A DNA stretch of 64,000 nt, taken from positions 12,595 through 76,594 of the forward strand of contig QMVG01000004.1 in NCBI GenBank assembly GCA_003660975.1. Reading direction: 5' to 3'. This DNA comes from Candidatus Micrarchaeota archaeon (lineage in GTDB: Archaea; B1Sed10-29; B47-G15). Below the pieces are notes generated by a model. That model was not told the origin of the DNA and ran no database searches. It worked only from the letters and a program-made list of their open reading frames with translations. A program made the translations under genes and the position numbers. How positions within the stretch are numbered: the stretch's first letter is position 1; every line of letters begins with the position of its first letter. Of the stretch, positions 20,601 to 30,158 are shown in pieces.

Positions 20601-21799
20601 TTCACTGCTGGGGCATCATTGTCAATTGTGATGTTTGTTGTGTTGAACACTGGACCATTGCCTGCTTTGTCTTTTTTTACCCATATGCTTATATTGTAGC
20701 AGCCGTCGTCAAATTCAGTTGTGTCTATGGTTTTATAGAAAATATTGGCGCTGTCATTTGACATGTTAAGGTGAGAGCCGTAATTTGAGTAATAATATTG
20801 GTCGCTTGCATTATCGCATGGTGTTACATCCATCTGAACATTGTCTTCATTGCTTGGTAGCCCTGAGAGGTTTTCTGATATTCTCACAGTTACGTTATAT
20901 GTTCCATTTATGTGGCTGCCAGCAGTCGGCTGCTGGAAAATTATGATTGGGTCTTTGTTGTCAATGCCTATAAACCACGTTACGAATGCCCTATTGCTTG
21001 AAGCGTCCGTGACAGTTATATTAAAGTAATAACTGCCATCGCTAACACTCTGCGTGATTGGATATGCATTCCACTTTCCATTATTGTTGTCACCACTGTA
21101 CCTGTTCATCCCAAAGCTTTGCAGTTCATCTGCAGGATTGCTGCCATTTGCGATGTAAAGCACTGCAGAGCTTATGCCGTAGCCCACATCAGTCAGGCTC
21201 ACGTTTACCGTGACTCCGTCTGATATATACGTGAAATTATTATACCAAACAGTTAGGTTGTATAGGGTTTGAGCATATGTCATAAACAGCGTGCCTGTGT
21301 TTATCTCTGGAGCTTTGGTGTCAAGGACATCTATGCTGAAGTTCTTGAACACAGACGAACCGTTCGTATCATAGTCAAAGTAGCTAAGGTTATAGTCGTG
21401 GTGATATTCTCCTATGTAAACTTTGAACACCACTGTAACACTCTTATTTGGTGCCAATCCCAGCAAGGTGGTATTGCTGGATGCGTTTACAGTGCAGTTC
21501 ATAGCAGGCATATCCCTGAACATTCCAATATCGCAGCTGACATTTTCACTGCTTGGGCCAGCCAGAAATTCAGAAAAATTACACTCATTTGGATTGCTGA
21601 AATTCGCCAATGTAAGGTTAAACTTAGTTATGTTATCATCAGAGCTTGCGTTATTCTCAATAGTGATTTGCAAGGTGTGAAATCCTGTGTCGTTTACAGT
21701 GCTTTGGTTTAGGGTTACAATAGCAACATGTGAAGATACGGTGCTTTGGGCTATAAAAACAAAAAAGAGAGCTATAAGGAAAATATACTTAATTTTCAT
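17648..21799 (-). CDS. giant secreted/surface-anchored glycoprotein candidate (S-layer or adhesin-like)
   Basis: Signal peptide MKIKYIFLIALFFVFIAQS, very many N-x-S/T sequons, and a Ser-rich linker (GSSSSSAGSSESSGSE). There is also a Cys-rich module (CDVECPEGYEVNENCECVFKCLDTVCPEEQVLNISDCSCY), one TM helix (IYVAAGGIASFAVVIVLLYFF) and a Lys-rich tail. Confidence 0.7.
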   Translation of the reverse strand: MKIKYIFLIALFFVFIAQSTVSSHVAIVTLNQSTVNDTGFHTLQITIENNASSDDNITKFNLTLANFSNPNECNFSEFLAGPSSENVSCDIGMFRDMPAMNCTVNASSNTTLLGLAPNKSVTVVFKVYIGEYHHDYNLSYFDYDTNGSSVFKNFSIDVLDTKAPEINTGTLFMTYAQTLYNLTVWYNNFTYISDGVTVNVSLTDVGYGISSAVLYIANGSNPADELQSFGMNRYSGDNNNGKWNAYPITQSVSDGSYYFNITVTDASSNRAFVTWFIGIDNKDPIIIFQQPTAGSHINGTYNVTVRISENLSGLPSNEDNVQMDVTPCDNASDQYYYSNYGSHLNMSNDSANIFYKTIDTTEFDDGCYNISIWVKKDKAGNGPVFNTTNITIDNDAPAVNITAPGNGSNVSGISSKVNFTVSDYNLLNDTIMINFGTGWQLIDASEDCSHNVHIWNLTCSYDWDTSKEHPGYYNITVKANDSYKHQGTSTVINVYVRAQSNVSITANNANVPMGYLHHPVLINNTGNVNYNVTVELRNTDDWPIYLNDSSGWGTSITFELQAHNSRYFYVDGHLNSSIGGGNSTLVLLNFSYLSGSNKLPISYDPSTNSSSFSLTMKEEYNVSVSANKTVYKNFSIPQANISVLLTVSNVGNNASSYTLSVSPGAGLSSNTSTVSIRLNKSESKNITVNISVSSSYSGNTTVNISVKSSKNQSYSDAVILYFYEPMLNISYVGPDTGKITETYYSGDLGDKDAKLKVFFKARVMTFGYISWSSLQHTVNKSNCTLSWRKGVLKSITSRVFDNSSTSMYCEFNASQLDVNGVNGGGLYNITISLTDNQSRKGSITELSKVPVLRNSTLESNIVIGSVSSASATEGESFSTTVSGIRYNISCNGSSVNAYVYGTVTVYYEIGYSACAGSISGSSSKTLTSCSIPDAGTYDAMVDVDGVWGLVGSKNFTNKFTISESSTNDNTGSSSSSAGSSESSGSEQVPGISAVGVSKVVAEAGKNKTISLTIENTLSTGRAVYIFVEQDYNIIKVFQGKRSVSVSGGEVKQYSFNYTTDEYTRPGNYTVIIRGANNNKDKIYFDKEITIEVKEKPRPSNKVSVRRYFLDTPSNKTIVSLSVYNPLSTTKRTKIRETVPKDIAPNVSYIVFDNNVPTVIEADPVLEWTLDVKAKSKAEVNYTVNLVEDKDEFMDESQPSVVSTESIEETTAACDVECPEGYEVNENCECVFKCLDTVCPEEQVLNISDCSCYTPAQKEKAAGDSTIYVAAGGIASFAVVIVLLYFFKRALLMDVLDSVKEFLNKIKALFGRSKYPISKASSKSPFKSFSLPKLPKRKRKAAPKIRTKSGKVLAEYEADEEKTLFSYKIGKKKKAPRDDDFNIV

Positions 21800-21906
21800 A
21801 TATATCGCCTTTATATATGCTGTTCATTTATTTATAATTTTCTAAAATAGACTGCCAATATCTTTTTATTCACATACTGTTTTTATGAGCTGTGAGGGAT
21901 AGGTGA

Positions 21907-24900
21907 ATGACGAAATTAGAGAAGATTAAGCTAAAGAACTTCAAGTCCTTCCGAAATGTAAGCATACCTCTGGCCATGGGCCATACAACAATTGTTGGAC
22001 CCAATGGCTCTGGAAAAAGCAATATCCTTGATGCGATTTGCTTTGTTCTTGGAACTACTTCTATGAAAGCATTAAGGGCAACGCGCTTGACAGATTTAGT
22101 AAATCACAATTCTAAGGATGGCACAGCCGAGGTTACGATAAGCATAAGAGACGACGGGGGAGAGAGATTTGATATAACTCGCATCATAGACAAGGGAGGA
22201 AGTAGCATCTTCAAGGTTAACGGAAAGAGGACAACTATGAAAGATGTTGAAGAGTTGCTGTCAAGGATGGGCATACATCCTGATGGGCATAACATCATTA
22301 TGCAGGGAGATGTGACAAGGTTCATAAAGATGACCCCACTCCAGAGAAGGCAAATAATAGATGAAATAAGCGGTATAGCAGAATATGAGGAGAAAAAGCA
22401 GGAGGCTATGAAGGAGCTGGAGAAGGTTCAAACAAAGATAAAGGAAGCTGAAATAGTGTTAAGCGAAAGGAAATCGTACCTAAGAATCCTTGAGAGCGAG
22501 AGGCGGGAAGCCAAAAGGTATCAGGACTTGCAAGAGAAAAGAAAAGTGTACAAGGCCAGCATTTTGAGGATAGAAGTTGAAAAAGCTGAAAAAAGGTTTA
22601 AGAGAATTATAGAGAAAATCAGCAAGCTGGAGGGGGAGATTTCTGCCATAGATGAAAAGAAAAAAGCTTTAACTGAGAAGTTAAAGCAGTTAGAGGAGGA
22701 ATACAATAAGATAACAGACCAGATTTTTAAGGAGGGAGACAAGAGACAAGCAGATGTGTCAGCAGAAATAGAGCAGATAAAAGGCAGCATAGCAATGTTA
22801 GACGGCAGGATAAGAGCCATAAGGGAAAGCTTGGAAAATGAGCAGGCAAGGAAGGAGAAGCTTTTGTCTGAATATTCTTCTCTGGGAAACCAGCTGGCAG
22901 CTAAAGAGAAGGAAATTGAAAAGATAATATTAGAGATAGATGAAGTGACAAGGGACTTAAACGAGTGTAAAAAAGAGCTTGAAGAGTTGGGTGAAGCTGA
23001 AGATTTATCAAAGCTGATTGATAATGTTTACTCTGAGATTGACAAGCTTAATGCGGAGATAGAGAAGAAAAAAGAAGCCTTATATAAAACTGAGATAGCA
23101 GTGAAGACCATAACAGAGAGGATAAAGCTTAAAAAAGCTATTCTGGAAGATTATAACGCTAAGGACAGCAGAAAAAAACTGGCTGAAATTGAGGACAGGA
23201 TAAGAAAGTACTCAAAAACAAAGGAAGAATGTAAGAAAGACATTTTATCTTTTGAAAACAAATTAAAGGAGCTTTACAGCGAGGAGAAGGAGCTTGATAA
23301 GGAGCTTAAGCAAAAAGAAAGCAAGCTTTCAGAGCTAATACAAAAAAAGGCAGCTCTTGAGAGCAAGATATCTGTTCTTAAGAATATTAGCGGTCTCTCC
23401 CAGACAGCAGAGGAGATAAAAAAAGCAGGCTTAAAAGGCATATTGGGCACCATTGCAGAGTTGTGTAATTACGGCACTAAATACAGTAAGGCAATAGAAA
23501 CTGCGGCAGGGCCGAGAATGTTTTACATTGTCACGCAGAGCACAGAAGATGCAATAAATGCTGTTAAATACCTCAAATCAAAAAAATTGGGAAGGGCCAC
23601 CTTTATCCCTCTTGACAAAATAAAAGCAAGAGACATGCATTCTTCTGTTAAAAGCCTGCTCAAGCACCCAAAGGCCCTTGACCTGGCAGTCAAGCTTATT
23701 ACTTATGACAAAAAATATGAAAACGCAATGAAATATGTTTTTGGGGACACTCTTGTTGTTAAAGACATAGAGGCAGTTAAAGAGATCGGCCTGGGAAAGA
23801 TCCGCATGGTGACACTTGATGGAGACCTTGCGTCAGAGCAAGGAGTCATAAGCGGAGGCTTTAGCAAGGGCTTGGGTATCTCTGATGTGAAGCAGCTGGA
23901 TGATTTGAAGGCTCTGATAAAAGATTATGAAAATGCAAAGAAGCTTCTGATGAGGCGCTTGGAGGAGCTTAGGGAGAAGCAGTCAGAACTTCGCTCCAAA
24001 AAGAGCTCCTCTGAGTTAAAGATGAAGGAAGCTGACGTTATGCTGAAGGAGTGGCAGAGGCGCTTTAGCGAGCAGAGCAAGGTTCTCAAGTCAGGAGAAA
24101 GGCAAAGCATGAGCATTCTAAAAGAGCTTAAGGGCATGGAGGAGGCTTTAATTGAAAAGGAAAGGCAAAAAGGCGAGATTGAAAAAGAGTTAGACGAGCT
24201 TATTGAGAAAAGAAACGCTATGAAGCAGGAGCTCAGCTCGTACGAAAAGTCTGAGGAAGCAGAAAGAGTGAAGCAATTAAAACAAAGATATGAGGAATTA
24301 AAAAATAAGAAAACAGAACTTGAGCTGCAGAAAAAAAGCATTGAGACCGAAGCAGAAAGGGTGCTTTTGAAAAGCAGGGAGGAAGTCAAACTGCAGATCT
24401 CGGAGATAGATGAGAGGATAAAGAAAATGACAGAGGAATTGGAGAGAAACAGCAAAGAGCGCAATGACCTTATAAGAGTACAGAAGGAAAAGGAAATAAT
24501 CGCAAGGAAGCTTGCCAGCTCCATGACCGAGCTTTACGAAGCGAGGAGCAAGATTGAAACTGAGAGGTCTAAGCTAAATGAGGAGATGATAAGGTTAGAA
24601 AGCAAACGGGAGAGCTTATCTGAAAAGCTGAGCGAAGCTAAGGTCAATAAGGCAAACATTGAAACTGAGTACTTTAATCTTAAAAACCAGCTGTCTTCAT
24701 ATAAGGACGTAGAGTTTATCACAGACAAGAAAGAGGAGCAGCTGCAGAGACAGTTGATTGTCATTGAAAGGGAAATGTCCGAGATGGGCTATGTTAACAT
24801 GAAGGCAATTGAGAAGTACGAAGAGTACGCAAGAGAGGTTAAGGAGATAGAAGAAAAAGCGAAAAAATTGAGGGAGGAAAAAGACAGCATCTTAAAGCTG

Positions 24901-25422
24901 ATGAATGAGATAGAAAAGAGAAAGATTGATGCTTTCATGAAAGCCTTTGAAGCACTCAACAAGAATTTCAACAGGTACTTTAAGGAATTTTATCCAGAAA
25001 AAGGCTCATACGCAAGCATCGAGCTAGACAACAAGGAGAAGCCCTTGGAGAGCGGGCTGCTTCTCTCTGCATCCCCGGCTGGAAAGAAGATGAAGCACAT
25101 AGAGGCCATGAGTGGTGGGGAAAAGACAGTAACGGCGTTGGCATTTCTTTTTGCTATTCAGGCATATAACCCATCACCTTTCTATGTTCTGGACGAGGCA
25201 GACGCAGCACTGGACCCAGCCAACAGCCAGAGAGTGGCCAGGATGATAAAGAAATTCTCGCGTGAAACCCAGATAATAACAATAACACATAACAGGTACA
25301 TAATTGAAGAGGCCGACCAGATAATAGGCGTTCACATGAGCAAGGACGGCTCAAGTTTGATAGAGCTTGACATGAAAGCGTATGTAGGGGATGCTAAGGA
25401 GAAAAGCACTGAAGCAACATAA
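21907..25422 (+). CDS. smc: SMC chromosome segregation ATPase
   Basis: Walker A GPNGSGKSN, long coiled coils around a hinge, signature SGGEKT, Walker B FYVLDEADAALD. 1171 aa. Confidence 0.95.
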   Translation: MTKLEKIKLKNFKSFRNVSIPLAMGHTTIVGPNGSGKSNILDAICFVLGTTSMKALRATRLTDLVNHNSKDGTAEVTISIRDDGGERFDITRIIDKGGSSIFKVNGKRTTMKDVEELLSRMGIHPDGHNIIMQGDVTRFIKMTPLQRRQIIDEISGIAEYEEKKQEAMKELEKVQTKIKEAEIVLSERKSYLRILESERREAKRYQDLQEKRKVYKASILRIEVEKAEKRFKRIIEKISKLEGEISAIDEKKKALTEKLKQLEEEYNKITDQIFKEGDKRQADVSAEIEQIKGSIAMLDGRIRAIRESLENEQARKEKLLSEYSSLGNQLAAKEKEIEKIILEIDEVTRDLNECKKELEELGEAEDLSKLIDNVYSEIDKLNAEIEKKKEALYKTEIAVKTITERIKLKKAILEDYNAKDSRKKLAEIEDRIRKYSKTKEECKKDILSFENKLKELYSEEKELDKELKQKESKLSELIQKKAALESKISVLKNISGLSQTAEEIKKAGLKGILGTIAELCNYGTKYSKAIETAAGPRMFYIVTQSTEDAINAVKYLKSKKLGRATFIPLDKIKARDMHSSVKSLLKHPKALDLAVKLITYDKKYENAMKYVFGDTLVVKDIEAVKEIGLGKIRMVTLDGDLASEQGVISGGFSKGLGISDVKQLDDLKALIKDYENAKKLLMRRLEELREKQSELRSKKSSSELKMKEADVMLKEWQRRFSEQSKVLKSGERQSMSILKELKGMEEALIEKERQKGEIEKELDELIEKRNAMKQELSSYEKSEEAERVKQLKQRYEELKNKKTELELQKKSIETEAERVLLKSREEVKLQISEIDERIKKMTEELERNSKERNDLIRVQKEKEIIARKLASSMTELYEARSKIETERSKLNEEMIRLESKRESLSEKLSEAKVNKANIETEYFNLKNQLSSYKDVEFITDKKEEQLQRQLIVIEREMSEMGYVNMKAIEKYEEYAREVKEIEEKAKKLREEKDSILKLMNEIEKRKIDAFMKAFEALNKNFNRYFKEFYPEKGSYASIELDNKEKPLESGLLLSASPAGKKMKHIEAMSGGEKTVTALAFLFAIQAYNPSPFYVLDEADAALDPANSQRVARMIKKFSRETQIITITHNRYIIEEADQIIGVHMSKDGSSLIELDMKAYVGDAKEKSTEAT

Positions 25423-25462
25423 ATCTTAAATATGTATAACCTGTTATAGAAGTGGTGGTATC

Positions 25463-25942
25463 TTGCAGCTCTTTGATTTTGAAAGCAAATATGCATCTGA
25501 TGTTGCCGAGATGATAAACACAGCCAGGTGGAAGGAAAGGCTATTTACAAACCCGCAGTATCATGTTACTCCTGACAGCTTGGTAGAGTACATAAAAGAC
25601 AAGAAAAAGAACTGCAAGCAGTATTGGATGCTCATTGCCATAGAAAAAGGAAAGGTTATAGGCTACATTGACTTTGAAATTACAAATAATAACGAAGGCC
25701 TATTGAGAGGCATATATCTGAAGCACAACTACAGGAACAAAGGAATAGGCAGAAAGATGATTGCAGAGGCAGAGAGATTGCTGAAAAACAATGGTTGCAA
25801 TGTTATTTACGCTTATATCTTTGAGGATAATGCTGATGCCATACGCTTCCTGGAGAGGCAAGGCTATCTTTATCAGAAAGCAGAGAAACACAGCTCAAGG
25901 AATAAGAAATACATAGTTATGAAAAAAGAAATAATTTACTGA
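25463..25942 (+). CDS. GNAT-family N-acetyltransferase
   Basis: RNKGIGRKMIAEAERLLKNNGC acetyl-CoA-binding motif. The TTG start in the ORF track is uncertain. Confidence 0.75.
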   Translation: MQLFDFESKYASDVAEMINTARWKERLFTNPQYHVTPDSLVEYIKDKKKNCKQYWMLIAIEKGKVIGYIDFEITNNNEGLLRGIYLKHNYRNKGIGRKMIAEAERLLKNNGCNVIYAYIFEDNADAIRFLERQGYLYQKAEKHSSRNKKYIVMKKEIIY

Positions 25943-25951
25943 GGCGAGTTG

Positions 25952-27292
25952 ATGGACTACAATATTATTATAATAGGAGGAGGACCTGCTGGCATCACTA
26001 CTGCCCTCACAGCAAAACTGTACTACAAAGACAAAAGAATATTGCTCATAAAAAGCATTGAAAAGGGAGTAATTCCATGTGCAATTCCATACACATTTAA
26101 AACAATAAAGCCAGATGAAGATGCTCTTAGTACAGAAGGTCTTGAAAAAGAGGGAATAGATGTTCTGGTTGACGAGGTGGTTCATGTTGACCGTGAGAGG
26201 AAGGAAGTTATAACCAAGGCAGATAGGCATTTTACATATGACAAGCTTGTTCTTGCAACTGGCTCAAAGGCAGCGAAATTACCAATAGAGGGAATAGAGA
26301 AAGAAGGCATATTTACAATAAGAAAAGACATGGATTACCTTAAGATGCTCCGTGAGGAGGTATACAAGGCAAACGATGTAGTTATAATAGGTGGAGGTTT
26401 CATAGGCGTTGAGATGGCTGATGAGCTATCCCACCTAGATGGCTTAAACGTGACTATCGTAGAGCTGCTTCCTGAAATTTTGCCCCTTTCATTTGACTCA
26501 GAGTTTTCAAGAGTGGCGCATGAGATACTCAGCTCCCAGGGAGTAAACATAATAACAGGCAGCTCTGCAAAACGTTTCAATGGAGGAGAGAGGGTTGAGT
26601 CAGTGCTGCTTTCTGATGGCAGGGAGATTCCAGCACAGGTGGTTATCATAGGGGTTGGAGCTAGACCAAATGCAGATTTGGCCAAAGACATAGGACTCAA
26701 TGTAAACAAGGGCATAGTGGTGGACAAGTATATGAGAAGCTCTGATAAAGACATATTTGCCGTCGGAGACTGCGCAGAAAAAAAGGACTTTTTGACAGGA
26801 AAGACGCTGAACGTGCTTCTGGCGTCTACTGCCTGTGCAGAAGCCAGGATAGCTGCTGCTAACCTCTTTGCAGTAAAAGCTTTGAGAGAGAATAAAGGAA
26901 CTGTTGCTGCTTATTCGACAAAGATAGGAGACAAAACCTTTGCAGCTGCAGGCCTGATAGAGAAGCTTGCAGAGAAACAAAACATAGACATTGTTGTCGG
27001 GAAGGCAGAGGTTTTTAATAGGCATCCTTCCAAGTTGCCAGGCAGTTCAAAGACAGTGCTAAAACTTTTGTTCTCAAAGCAATCAGCTGACTTGCTGGGA
27101 GCAGAGCTTATGGGAGATTCAAGCGCAGCTGAATTAATAAACATCCTGAGCTTGGCAATACAAAGATCGGTTAAGCTATATGACCTAGAGAGAATGCAGT
27201 TTGCGACACATCCAAAGTTAACTGCCTCTCCAGTGGCTTATCCAATAGTGAAGGCCGCTCAAGACGCTTTGGCAAAGCTTAATAGTTCCTGA
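25952..27292 (+). CDS. FAD-dependent pyridine nucleotide-disulfide oxidoreductase (NADH oxidase / CoA-disulfide reductase-like)
   Basis: GGGPAG and GGGFIGVE dinucleotide-binding motifs, FAVGDCA, and a candidate redox Cys in VIPCAIPY. ATG at 25952 preferred over TTG at 25949. Confidence 0.85.
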   Translation: MDYNIIIIGGGPAGITTALTAKLYYKDKRILLIKSIEKGVIPCAIPYTFKTIKPDEDALSTEGLEKEGIDVLVDEVVHVDRERKEVITKADRHFTYDKLVLATGSKAAKLPIEGIEKEGIFTIRKDMDYLKMLREEVYKANDVVIIGGGFIGVEMADELSHLDGLNVTIVELLPEILPLSFDSEFSRVAHEILSSQGVNIITGSSAKRFNGGERVESVLLSDGREIPAQVVIIGVGARPNADLAKDIGLNVNKGIVVDKYMRSSDKDIFAVGDCAEKKDFLTGKTLNVLLASTACAEARIAAANLFAVKALRENKGTVAAYSTKIGDKTFAAAGLIEKLAEKQNIDIVVGKAEVFNRHPSKLPGSSKTVLKLLFSKQSADLLGAELMGDSSAAELINILSLAIQRSVKLYDLERMQFATHPKLTASPVAYPIVKAAQDALAKLNSS

Positions 27293-27608
27293 ACATCAGT
27301 TCAAATTTCTTTTCAATCCTTCTCTTTGTGATGCCAGAGACACCAAAGAGTGCAAACCCTCCGATTATAATCAATATGAAAACTAGCTTTATGCTTTCAT
27401 ATCCTCCGAGAGGCGTTTCAGTGCTGAAATTCGGTATGATGTCTATGAGAACAAAAAGAAAGAGCGAGCTTATAATCAGTATCAAGTAAGTGATTTCATT
27501 GCTTATCTCTTTTAAATACTCTACAAGAAGGTATTCGTAAGCTTCAACCTCTTTTACTTCTTTCTCAAGCTTTTGTATTTTGCTTTCTTTCTTAATAGCT
27601 CTCACCAT
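27279..27608 (-). CDS. small membrane protein, hypothetical
   Basis: 109-aa ORF with two hydrophobic helices. Weak support. Confidence 0.4.
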   Translation of the reverse strand: MVRAIKKESKIQKLEKEVKEVEAYEYLLVEYLKEISNEITYLILIISSLFLFVLIDIIPNFSTETPLGGYESIKLVFILIIIGGFALFGVSGITKRRIEKKFELMFRNY

Positions 27609-27647
27609 ACACTTAGCTAAGGCGCTACGGATATAAAAATGTGGGGG

Positions 27648-27950
27648 TTAGCCGAAGAGGCTTGCAAGACCCCCTGCTGCTTCCTCTTCAGTTTTTTCCT
27701 CTTTCTTTTCCTCTTTCTTCTCAGCTTTGCTCTCTGCTGGGCTTGCAGGAGCTGCTGCAGGAGCGCTTGCCACTGGCACTCCTTTTTCTATTGCCTCGTC
27801 TATGTTTACTCCCTCAAGAGCAGCTATGAGTGCTTTGACTCTTGCCTCGTCAACTTTTATTCCCGCGCCTTCCAAAACCTTCTTAACATTTTCTTCTGTT
27901 ATGTCTTTTTTCGCAGAGTGCAAAAGCAATGCTGCATACACATACTCCAT
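27648..27950 (-). CDS. rpl12: ribosomal stalk protein P1 (aL12)
   Basis: [15 protein letters not shown]... with the acidic tail [26 protein letters not shown] lies 8 nt upstream of the internal ATG at 27950. Confidence 0.9.
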   Translation of the reverse strand: MEYVYAALLLHSAKKDITEENVKKVLEGAGIKVDEARVKALIAALEGVNIDEAIEKGVPVASAPAAAPASPAESKAEKKEEKKEEKTEEEAAGGLASLFG

Positions 27951-27970
27951 TTCAAATACCTCCGTTAACA

Positions 27971-28846
27971 TTATTTTCCATATCCTTTGCTCTCAAGCAG
28001 GCTCATCAGCGCCTTTCCCCTGCTGCCGTATTTACTGAGTATTGCTTCCATACTCTGTTTGGTAAATATCTCTGCGTTTATGGCTAATGAGAGCGCTTTG
28101 CTGTGGGCCTGTGTGAGCATAATCTCAACAACATCTTTTGTTGGATATCCTATGTTAAATGCCAAGCTGAGTGCCTCTTTATATGCTTTTGTTACATCAT
28201 TGAAGAGTTTTTCCTCATCTATATCCAGCACCTCAGCTGGATAAACAACGCCATCTTGATAAAAGGCCTTAACATGTAACCATATTTCGACAGGCTTTAT
28301 TCCCAGCTTATTTAGCGCGTTTGCCACCTCTTTGCTTATAACATCACCTGCCTTTGCTACAGTGCTGTCTTTTGTTATCACTATCTTTCCTTTGTCAAGC
28401 TTTACATCTATTTTTGCCATCTTTAGCTCTGTTAGTGCTGGTCCAGCAGGTATGTCTGTTTCGCCAGCAGGCACCACTATGTCCTTCTCTGCTATCATGC
28501 CTTCCTTAGCAGATGCCCTGCTCTTGTTTTCTTTGAGGGACCTAGACAACTTAAACGGGTCCTCGGAAGAAAAGATCAGGCCAACAGGGCCCTCCACATA
28601 TCTCTCAAATTCCTTGTTTTTGTCAATCCCACTCTCTTCAATTGCTCTTTGAATAATGCTTTTTTTAGTAACAACTATCTCTGCCTTGCCTCTGAGCTTC
28701 TTTCTTATCTCCTGAAACTGCTGGCTGGGCAATTTTTTTATGTCAATTATTCCAACAACAGGGCTGTTTCTTATTTTTTCCGCTATCTCTTTCACCTTAT
28801 CTTTCTTCCACTGCTTTACGTGGTCATCTCCATCTCTTTTAACCAT
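27971..28846 (-). CDS. rplP0: ribosomal protein uL10 (P0)
   Basis: N-terminal uL10 domain ([36 protein letters not shown]). Sits in the L11-L1-L10-L12 order. No acidic C-terminal tail is visible. Confidence 0.85.
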   Translation of the reverse strand: MVKRDGDDHVKQWKKDKVKEIAEKIRNSPVVGIIDIKKLPSQQFQEIRKKLRGKAEIVVTKKSIIQRAIEESGIDKNKEFERYVEGPVGLIFSSEDPFKLSRSLKENKSRASAKEGMIAEKDIVVPAGETDIPAGPALTELKMAKIDVKLDKGKIVITKDSTVAKAGDVISKEVANALNKLGIKPVEIWLHVKAFYQDGVVYPAEVLDIDEEKLFNDVTKAYKEALSLAFNIGYPTKDVVEIMLTQAHSKALSLAINAEIFTKQSMEAILSKYGSRGKALMSLLESKGYGK

Positions 28847-29482
28847 TTACTCCACCTTCACGCTTGGTCCCATGCTGGTTTTTACATATATGCTTCTTAT
28901 GTTTCCCTCTTTATTCGGAAGTTTTTCTTTTATTGCGTTTATCACAGTCATAGCATTCTCGCCCAAATCCTCATCAGACATCTCCTCGCTTCCTATGACT
29001 GTATGAATAGTAGGCAAGTATTTGCCTTTGCTTTTTATTCTAACAGTTTTTCTCATCCTTTCAATTATCCCCTCTAACTTTGCATTTGGAGGCACTGGCT
29101 TGGGCATCTTGTTTCTCGGTCCTAAAACCTGCCCTAAGCTCCTGCCCACAAGAGGCATCAGCTTTGCAGAAGCAATAAAGAATTTATACTTACTGGCAAG
29201 CTTTTTTGCCTCTCTTTTGTTTTTGCCCAATTTCTCCAGCTCTGCCTGAGTTATCACTTTATCTGCATGCTTTTTTGCTTCAGGCAATAAGTCATCGTCA
29301 GCGATTACCACACCCTCAACTTTCTTGCCCAAGCCCTTTGGCAACACTATTTCCAGGTTCAACCTGTTTTCAACCTTACTGAAGTCTATGCCCTTAAAGT
29401 TTATTATCAAGTCTATGGACTGAACGAAGTTTCTTTTCTTAGACTTCTCTTTCGCCTCTTTAATTGCTTTGATAATATCCAT
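28847..29482 (-). CDS. rpl1: ribosomal protein uL1
   Basis: MDIIKAIKEAKEKSKKRNFVQSIDLIINFKGID... AGGAGG lies upstream of the internal ATG at 29482, so the longer ORF-track start is rejected. Confidence 0.9.
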   Translation of the reverse strand: MDIIKAIKEAKEKSKKRNFVQSIDLIINFKGIDFSKVENRLNLEIVLPKGLGKKVEGVVIADDDLLPEAKKHADKVITQAELEKLGKNKREAKKLASKYKFFIASAKLMPLVGRSLGQVLGPRNKMPKPVPPNAKLEGIIERMRKTVRIKSKGKYLPTIHTVIGSEEMSDEDLGENAMTVINAIKEKLPNKEGNIRSIYVKTSMGPSVKVE

Positions 29483-29564
29483 AAAAGCCCCTCCTACCAA
29501 GGTGCGATGCACCCAGGTAGTGCTTGGGAGATGTAAATATTCTCCTTCAGCTCATATTTAAACT

Positions 29565-30158
29565 TTACCTCTTTTTCTTCTTTTCCTTTTTTTCCTCTGC
29601 TTCCTCTTTCTTTTCTTTTACATACTTAGACATCCTTGCCTTTTTCTCCTCTTCACTCAGCTCTTTTAGAGCTTCTTTTCCCTCTAATTTTGCATCATAC
29701 TTGCCTTCATCAACTTCCTTCTGCACCTCTCTTGGGTCTTTTCCGTCTACTAAGATTCCCATCGTAACGCAGGTTCCTATCACTTCCTTGAGCCTCGCCC
29801 TTGCGCTTTTCCCGTGAAGCGCGTCTTTTTTCATGAAGCTTATCTTTATCAGCTCGTCAATGCTTATGTCTCCAACCTTTTCATCCTTTGCTTTTCCAGA
29901 GCCTTTTTCTATGCCAAGCTCTTTCTTTATGAGGGCACTTGTTGGAGGCGTTCCAACCTCAATTCGGAATGTTTTTTTCACAGTGTCAACAATAATCTTG
30001 ACAGGCACCGTAACACCTGCGAAGCTCGCAGTTTTTTTATTTATTTCCGCAACTACCTCGCCTGCATTTATGCCTAACGGGCCTAATGCAGGTCCTATTG
30101 GTGGTCCTGCACTTGCCTTGCCTCCTTCAATAAGTGCATTTATTATCTTTTCAGTCAT
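29565..30158 (-). CDS. rpl11: ribosomal protein uL11 with Lys/Glu-rich C-terminal extension
   Basis: AGPPIGPALGPLGIN motif. About 35 extra K/E-rich residues at the C-terminus. Confidence 0.9.
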   Translation of the reverse strand: MTEKIINALIEGGKASAGPPIGPALGPLGINAGEVVAEINKKTASFAGVTVPVKIIVDTVKKTFRIEVGTPPTSALIKKELGIEKGSGKAKDEKVGDISIDELIKISFMKKDALHGKSARARLKEVIGTCVTMGILVDGKDPREVQKEVDEGKYDAKLEGKEALKELSEEEKKARMSKYVKEKKEEAEEKKEKKKKR

